A stretch of DNA of 64,000 bases, from the NCBI RefSeq assembly GCF_009914755.1, contig NC_060926.1; one strand, 5' to 3'. Below the pieces are notes generated by a model. It was given only the letters and a program-made list of their open reading frames with translations. It searched no databases and had not been told where the DNA came from. A program made the position numbers and the translations under genes. Source of the stretch: the human T2T-CHM13v2.0 reference genome, Homo sapiens. Below are positions 55,732-64,000 of this stretch, piece by piece. The stretch's first letter is position 1. Every line of letters begins with the position of its first letter.

Positions 55732-56279
55732 GTATGCATTTCCTGCTGCACTTATAACAAATTAACACACACTTAGGAGATTAAAACAATACCCTATATT
55801 CTCTTACAGTTCTGGAGGTCAGAAGTTCAAAATGGGCCTTGCTGGGCTAAAATCAAGGTGTGGCAGGGTTGATTTCCTTTCTAGAGGTTCTAGGGGAGTG
55901 TGATTTTCCTTGCCTTTCCCAGCTTCTAGAGGCCACATGCATCCTTGGCTCACAGCCCCCTCTGCCATCTTCACAGCCAGCAGTGTGGCTTCAAATCCTT
56001 CTCTCTTACTTCTGCTTTCATTGCCATGTCTCTTCCTCTCCCTCTGCTTCCATCATCACACCACCTTCTCTAATTCTGAACCTCCCACCTCTTCCCTTAT
56101 ACGGAACCTTGTGATTACATTGAGCTCACCCAGATAATCCAAGACCATCTCTCCATCTCAAGATCCTTAACTTGATCCCATCTGCAAAATCCCCTCTGCC
56201 ATGTGAGTTAATGTATTCATATTCAGGTTCCAATGATTGGGACGTGGACATCTTTGGGAGCTCATTATTCTTCCACACA
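55732..56279 (-). mobile_element. MLT1C/D MaLR LTR
   Basis: ctcttacagttctggaggtcagaagttcaaaatggg...aaaatcaaggtgtggcaggg...catctcaagatccttaac...catctgcaaa. Confidence 0.85.
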
Positions 56280-56591
56280 GTACTGCAGCTTATCTCTCAA
56301 ACTCTGGTCTTAGGGACCTCCTTGAAGGACATAACCCCTCTTTGTCTCTGAAATGCTGGCTGTCACTGCTGCACCTACCCTCACCAGAATGTCTGCAGCC
56401 CAGGCCTGCTGCTTCATGTCCATAGATTCCAAATCAGAGTCTTACATAGTTGTATGTGATCAGGGTGTCTGGATCGTATGCCCAAACCTCAGCTGCAAGA
56501 ATGGCCCAGAGAACAAGTTTTGACTTCTTCCTTAGGAGCAAGCAGGCTCATGATGCCGGGGGAGGGGTGGGGGAGTTCATAAGTTGATAGG

Positions 56592-56896
56592 GGCCAGGCA
56601 CAGTGGCTCATTCCTGTAACCCCAACACTTTAGGAGGCTGAAGCAGGAGGGTTACTTGAGCCCAGGAGTTCAAGACTAGCCTGGGCAACAGATTGAGACC
56701 ACATCTCTACAAAAAATTGAAAAAAAATTAGCCGAGCATGGTGGCGCACCTGTAGTCCCAGCTTACTCCTGAGGCTGAGGCAGGAGGATCACTTGAGCCT
56801 GGGAGGTTGAGACTCCAGTAACCTATGATCTCAATACTGCACTCCAGCCTGGGTGAGAGAGTGGGATTCCATCTCAATGAACAAACAAAAAACAAA
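56592..56896 (+). mobile_element. AluJ
   Basis: Forward Alu; TSD aagttgatagg / aagttaatagg. Confidence 0.92.
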
Positions 56897-57366
56897 AGTT
56901 AATAGGTGGCCAAAAGCATGACGAATAGCTGCAAAACCTAGCCAAACCTCAGGTCATACCATGAGTTCTGTTGCCAGTTCCACACTTAAGAGGAATGTAA
57001 GCCAGCACAGAGATGGCAGCAGGGATGATGCAGGAGCCTGACATTGTAAGTCCAGGGTGTTCATAGACTGGAGGACATAAGGGCAGTTTTAAAAGACACA
57101 TGATTGAGGTTTCCTAATAAGCAAGAACTTGCACATGGAAGAGAACTTGGACCTGTCTTGTGTGTCTCCGGTGTTCAACACTAGGACTCTGTAGAGGGTG
57201 ACATGGTAACAGGGTGTTTCATTTCTCAATTGCATGATCTAAAGACCAATGGGTTGCTCCAAACAGGCAAGAAGCTCGCTGCCATTTAAAGTATTGAGGC
57301 AGAAGCAGGATGACAACATGTTGGGGCACAAAGAGGGGAGGCAAATAGCAGAGGAGATTGCAATAG

Positions 57367-57772
<406 letters not shown>

Positions 57773-59924
57773 CAAAAGTAACATTTTTAAGGAGAAAATG
57801 CTTGATGCATTTTTTTAAGTCTTGCCTTTTATTTTCTGATTCCTGATTCTTTCCCCTTTTTTTAAACAGTAAGTAACATTTTTAAACAGTGTAGTTTGTT
57901 CCCACTCTGACTCCGGAGTCTGGTTTTTCTCTCGGGCCTGCTGCTGTGTTGGAGGACTTGACATGCCTTTTGTGTTCTGTAATGTCTTCATCTGAACAAC
58001 AGGCCTGTAAAGACTGATCCCCAGTGATTACGCCAAATGTTACTGGAGAGAAGTGGATGAATTTATACAGGAACTAAGTGATTCAAATCTGCTTTCCTTT
58101 TCTATGTATGCAATTCTCTGTCTGCATTCCAACTGTTGGCACAGAAGCCCTGGTCCACTGCCCCGGTTTATCACCTTCACACAGAGATGGGGGTGGCAGA
58201 CATAGGGGCTGCGCATCGGGGCCATGTTGACCTGCTTCTTTCCAAACTGCTCCAAGTGTTATGCATTTACATGTACCCACAGAATGCATTTGGGATGGTT
58301 ACTTTTCAACACCGTGAATCTAATGCACAGAATGACACCCGTTTTTAAGTTAAAAGTCAAGATGTTTTTGCTTGGATTTAACCTAACCTTCTTTTCTTTT
58401 AATCCAAGCTCCATGTTGCTTGATATGATACAGACTTCCTGAGTGACCCAGGCATCATTAGTAACAGACACTTTGGCCTTTTTATCCTTTTTTTTTTTTT
58501 TTTGTAAAAAGGGAAAAGCAATTTCTGTTCATCTGCGAAGCACCAAAATGAATATATTTGCAGATTAGATGATACAATTTCTGTAACTGCCATGGATCTC
58601 ATGTTCAAAGGACAGTGTGTGGGTGGGTGTGTGCACACGTGTGTGTGTGCATGTGTGGGATGGTGGCGAGGATAGGGAGTAGGCGTATGGGAAGCTTCAA
58701 CAATTTTTAAAATATTCTTAGTGTTTTGTTAACCTTCTTTTACCAACCTTCACACCAAATTTTTGAAAATCATGTGGTATACTTACAGGCGTTTGTTTTG
58801 TTTTTCTTTATTCTTAGAAAGCATTCTTTCTGGATTGTTTTGTTTTAGTCCTGAGTAGGTAACTACGCTGCATGACAATAAAGTGGATCTTCATGAGCAG
58901 GTGTTGCAATCAAATACAATTCTCAACAAAAAATGCCCTGACAGATATTCACAACATGAGTAATCCAGCCTGCATGATGATTAGCTAGAAATGCTAAGCA
59001 GCAGTTTCCATAAATGACTATAATTAGTCATCTTTTAACACAGCTAAGCCAACTCACAGTGCCTCTTCTTAGAAGTTCTCTAGAATCTATAAATAGAATG
59101 TTCAGCATTTCCCCAACATCGTGTTCAGTCTGAGTGTCCCCTCAATGTGTCCTCTTCTTTGCTTTTCTTTCCTCACTCCCCACTCCTTTTCTCCTTCCTC
59201 CACTCATCCCTCCCCTGCAGACCGTCCTGCCCAGACAGTGCTTTTCACTCTCAATTTTTCTCTCTTTCCCATTAAAAGACAACAATTTTGCATCTGATTC
59301 TCCCCGAGCACCATGGCTAGAGTTCCACATGCCCATGTCCTTTTTCTTAAAGACTCCATATAGGACATCCCAGCTGTCCCTGCTCCCCAGTCCTGCCGGG
59401 ATCCACTGGGCTCAGGAGTCCAGGTGGCCAAGGGCTAGCTGGGGTGGGAGAAGGGTGCTGGGAACTACACCAGATGTTCCTTTCCTATGATTCCTATACT
59501 CTAGTGGGGGAAGGGTGAGGCTGGGCAAGCGGTGGAGAATGGATGGAGGGACCAGCTGGTCAGGAGGCCTAGATCCCATCAGAGCATTAACCCCATGGCC
59601 CTGATCCCTCATCCAGGACAGTAAGGATGGCTGGGCAAGTGGCCTGAGCTCTTGCTCATATGCACCTGCTACATATAATGCGTCCAGACCTACGGCAAGA
59701 CAGTCATGACAGCCGTTCCCATCCCCAATTACATGCATGTTCAAAATACTTAAAGGCTGAATGTTAAAAGAGAGAGGATAAAGCTACCGAGCATTTGAGG
59801 TAGAGCCTAGAGCAGTGACGGGATAGCACTGTGACCCCCTGGCAGTGCAAGAGTGTCGTCTCCTCCTCCCTACCTAGCCTGGCAAGCTTTCATTCTTTCC
59901 ACTTGCTCTCCTCCCAACCCTACA

Positions 59925-59926
<2 letters not shown>

Positions 59927-59964
<38 letters not shown>
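59927..59964. repeat. (CA)n microsatellite
   Basis: Perfect AC/CA run of about 19 units. Confidence 0.95.
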
Positions 59965-59965
<1 letters not shown>

Positions 59966-61399
59966 TCAGACACTTCAGACACCTTCCACCCCTGCAGGCT
60001 ACATATCAGAGGGAGTCACTGGGCTTGGAAAACAACAGGTTTCTGAAACTTAAGGAGGTAGAATGGGAACTTTTTCCACCATGCCTCCTGTTTACTGACC
60101 CCAGCTCTCCAGCCACTGTACTCCCTCCCCCATTTCCCTTCCCCAACCCCACCACCTCCATCAGACTCCCTGAGTCTGAAGGCACAGGATGGTTAAAAGG
60201 AGCCTTCATTCCTGCGACTCTACTCTCTTCTCCTCAAAGAAGTGGCAGGCAAGGTAGGGCATTCTCACTGTCTCAACAATATAATTTGCACATGCCCTGG
60301 CCCTGTGCCCTTCGGTAGCCATGTCTTCCCTCCCTGAAGTCCCCTGGGATTCTCCTTTGTCACTAACTGGCTTCCTTTCCTGGCATGGAGCACCTGACCC
60401 TGTCTGCTTGTCTCTTTTACCGGCAAACTATATCTCCCAAGTTGGCTGGCTTTTCCCTTAGGGGTCAGGAGAGGGAGCAATCAGGCCAGAAGAGGGACAG
60501 GAGCATCAGCCACCTAAAGAAGGAATGGTAGCAACAATGAGACTGTTTAATCTTTCTAATTGCTGACACCTTCAATACAGTATCTGATATTCATTCAGTA
60601 GTTATCAAGGGTCACTTCTGTGCAGCCACTGTTCTGAACTCTCGGAATACAGAGGGAAAAAGACAAAGTGCCTGACCTCATCTAGCTTTCATTCTAATGT
60701 AGTAGCTAGGCAATAGACACATAAACACGTAAATATATACTAGAAAGCCAGCTAGTCAAGGGCATGCTTATCGTTGTTTTTTGGTTACCCAGAATCTGAA
60801 CCTCCATCCTATGTTTGAGATTCCCTACCTCATGGAATCTGGTGGATAAGCAGAGCCCATGGTCCATTACATAGAATTTGAAAATGCCTGATAGTGGTTT
60901 TATCAGCCTCTCTTGTAGAAGGAGCCAAGGCCTGTGGCCAAGGCTCCACCAGCCAGACACACTGTCCCACAATTTGAGTTAGGAACCAATGACTCAAGGA
61001 CAAAGAGACTGAGAAAGCCCTCATAGGTGATGGCAGCAGCTGCAGAAAGATGGGGATTCCAAGGGTGCTGGTGACAGCGGGTTCCAGCAGTGTTAGTATC
61101 TGGGACGGTAGCATTGGTGACATAACCAGTGGCAGCTGGGGCAGCAGAGATCCCACCAATTCGTGCAATGCGTGCACTCTTCTTGGCTATAAACCACTAA
61201 GCCTTCCCAAACATTCCTGGAGCTGTCAAAGTCTACACATAAATCCTTCTTCTACTTAAACCCGCCGGAGTTCCTTGTGCCCTCATCTAAGAGCTGAACA
61301 CAAGTAGTAACAAGTGCTCAATCAAAAGGAAAGCCAGACGAAGGCATGGAGAGTGATGAGAGGCTACCTTAGGTAGGTGGCCAAACTCAGCCTCTCCGT

Positions 61400-62340
61400 G
61401 GATATGGCTTTTAAGTCTCTCCAGAAAGCCCGAGAGCAAGGCCACCTGAAGACCTGAGGGAAAGAACTCCAGAGAGAGGACACAGTGCAAAGGCTGGGCA
61501 GTGACAAGCTGGGGGGCTGAGGAATACCAAGAAGGCCAGTGTAGCCTGAGCTGAGACAGAAGCTAAGTCAGAAGGACAAGCCGGGGCCACAGCTGGTGAG
61601 GCTGGTTAGATTGTCGTGTGGAGTTTGAGTGTCATGCTGCGTGTGAGGGAAGCCCCAGCTGGTTTTAAGCAAGGTGACACGGTCTGGTAGTTGAAAAGAT
61701 CACCCCGGCTGCTGTCAGAAGAATAGTCTGTAGCAAGACAGGAGTGGAAGCAGAAAGATCAGAGACTCTTGCAGAGGTTCAGGAGCCAGGTAGTATGGGT
61801 CTGATCCCTCTAGGCCGAGGGCGTTTGAGTGGCGGTGGTGGGAAGAAGAAAGATGAGGAGTAGATTTTGAAGGTAGAGCTGAGAAGCCTTGCTGTGTGTT
61901 AGATGAAGGGTGTGAAGGAAAGAGACAGTTCGGGACCGAGCCGCTCTCTGAGATGGGGAAGATGAAGAGAAAGGCAAGCTGGCGGGTGGAGAAGTCAGGA
62001 TCAAGAGTTTGGCTTTAGATCTAGTGAGTGGGAAACACCAATGAGGTGGAGTGGAGACAGAGTCTGCAGGGGGATGTAAGGACCTGGATGAGGTGGGGGC
62101 GAGCTGGGCGCTGGAACCAAGTGTGTGGGATTCCTCGGCACGGGGAGGAAATGTACAGCCATGAAGCTCAATATGCTCACTCAGACGAGAGTGTGGTTCG
62201 AGAAGGGGGCTCAGGACAGAGCGCTGGGGAACCAGGGATGAAGAGATCACAGCGAGGAAGAGAATCCAGCTAGGGAACTGCAGGGCGGGAGGAAGAACAC
62301 AGACTACGGCGTCCTGGAAGCCAAGAAAAGAAAACAGGGG
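61400..62340 (-). mobile_element. L2 fragment
   Basis: gaaaagatcaccccggctgctg, gagtggaagcag, gattttgaaggtagagc, gatcaagagtttggcttt, ggaagccaaga. Confidence 0.75.
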
Positions 62341-62689
62341 CCTTGGCAATGACCCTAGGCACTTCCAGAGGATGCTTGTATCAAGCAGGTAAGGGGACTG
62401 GGGCTCCCAGAGGATGGGCCACCCCGTTTCAGTGCATGGCCCGGCGCCTCTTTAGAAGAGGAAGCCCCTGGATTCCAGAACGTGCTGGCTCCACCCAAGG
62501 CAGACAGCAGTGAGGCCACACACTATTCCCAGCCCCTTTCTCTCTGAAAAGAGCCCTTTGTAACTTCTTTGAGAAGGAAACACCTCCGTCAGGGGAGGAA
62601 CATTATTTGCTTCCTGTTAGAACAGACTTTTACTTAGGATCAAGCTCGGTGTCAGCCCCATCCCCACAGGGAGCAATAAGGGAAAGAGG

Positions 62690-62930
62690 AGGGAGGGGGC
62701 CGCAGACACTCACTTGTGGGGGCTGGTTTCGCAGGAACGGCTCCGGAGAGCTTGAAGAGGGGTAGGCTGCAGGCCCACAGCCGCAGTCTCTCTCAGCTAG
62801 AAACCCTCCTCCCTCCTCTGCCAGCCTGTCCTCCCCGGGCTCCGTTCGAAAGGCCTGGGAGATAGGGAGAAGGCTGGTCAGCCTGGGCGGTTAGTGGCTG
62901 GTTTAACACTTCCTTGCCTGCCAGCCCTTT
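62690..62930 (-). promoter_or_regulatory. Candidate minus-strand promoter / first exon
   Basis: Locally GC/CpG-richer unique sequence; ETS/PU.1-like AAGGAAGTG(-) at ~62907-62915; GC-box-like GGGCGG at 62885-62890; donor CAA|GTGAGT(-) at 62714. Confidence 0.35.
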
Positions 62931-62949
62931 CCCAGGAAGACTACAGCCA

Positions 62950-63290
62950 ATCATTCATTCATTCAAAAGCTCTTTGCCAAGCACCTACTCTGTGCTAGGT
63001 CTGTGCCCAGCATGGGGACACAGTATTAGGAAAAAAAAAAAAAACAAAAACCAGACATCCCCCATCTGCCCTGAACTTACAGTCTAGTGGGATAAATTAA
63101 ACAAGGCACGCAAACACCTCTACAGCCACAAATGTGATAAGGCTCTAAGTGAATATCGCACATGACAGTGGCCCTGCTGAAGGCCAGGCAGAGGTTCCTT
63201 CTTGAGGAAGGACGTCTCTGAATCTCCAGAAGCCAATAGAATCTGTAGCAGCAGAAGAAAGGGTCAGGGTTCTAGAACTGCCCACTACGA
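62950..63290 (-). mobile_element. L2 3' end
   Basis: tcattcattcattcaa...gcacctactctgtgctagg...cttacagtctagtggga. Confidence 0.75.
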
Positions 63291-64000
63291 CTTTAGAAGC
63301 TGACCCATCTCTGTTATGCCGCGGCTGCGATGTTTTAAGTCCCCAAAGCCCAGAGCACATCGTGGAGCATGGAAGTGGTTCACTGAGAAGCTGAATCTAG
63401 TCCTGGGGCTGCTGGTGTGGAGGGTGTGTTCCGCTCTTGGGGCAGCAGCAACAGGTGCCGTGAGAGGCTCAGAGCTTTTGAAGCAGAAATGGCAATACTC
63501 TACATCTTCAGCAAATATTTGGGAGTCTTTTGTTAAAAGAAGAGCAGAATAAATATCTATGCCTCTTGTAAAACCCAAAGGAAAGCTCTCAGATAGGCTT
63601 CTTTAGGGCTATGACCATCTCTGCAGCTTCACTATACTGAGTTAAGTCTGTAGAGCATCTGTAACCCTAGGCATGTGTGTCCACAACCTCCACACGTACA
63701 CAAGGACACTCCTACAGAGGACAGGCCGTGCGGACAGTTAGGGGAGGACAGTGGAGGCCGCTTCAGTTCACTTCGGTGCTTTGGATTCAAGTGTTTTTCT
63801 GTTTCATTTTCTGGGTAGCTGATTATTAAGCTAAACACTCCTTTGACGGTTGAAAATACATTAGTCCCTTTTCTTGCACGAATCTAATTCACCAAAGCCT
63901 ATTAAAGTGCTTTTGGACCAGTGAGGAAATTTAATGCTCAAGTATTTTATTCTGAATTCCAATTTTCCTTGTGTTATGATTTTACCTATAGGTGGTTGGG

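Noticed and set aside
61810-62349. 179-aa ORF (also 33872-34348, 158 aa)
   Set aside because: Inside decayed L2; at most remnants of L2 ORF2, with no intact domain.

Overview
Primate (most likely human) non-coding genomic DNA: low CpG, about 17 Alu copies including AluY-type, and many older MIR, L2, L1M, MLT/MST/MER52 LTR and MER5/MER8 DNA-transposon relics. The only protein-derived sequence is a full-length processed pseudogene of STRAP (WD40 protein, UNRIP) at ~3664-5453 (+), broken by one net +2 frameshift and containing no in-frame nonsense codon. The other ORFs in the six-frame track look like chance or repeat-derived ORFs. Strong minus-strand splice signals at ~62.7 kb, 33.2-33.55 kb, 16.5 kb, 14.0 kb and 12.3 kb are compatible with a ~50 kb spliced lncRNA. 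From memory only (not verified here), a STRAP pseudogene lies next to LINC00211/PIRAT1 at human 2p22.2. I cannot support a new multi-gene system. The best unexplained local signals are an 87-nt near-perfect hairpin (35602-35688), a 29-bp micro-inversion inside a MIR (11879-11921), an 86-bp tandem duplication carrying splice signals (41269-41440), a TWIST-type double E-box cluster (6317-6530), and a slippery A7 run at the pseudogene frameshift. Repeat family names come from recognising consensus motifs by eye, and boundaries of old repeats are approximate.
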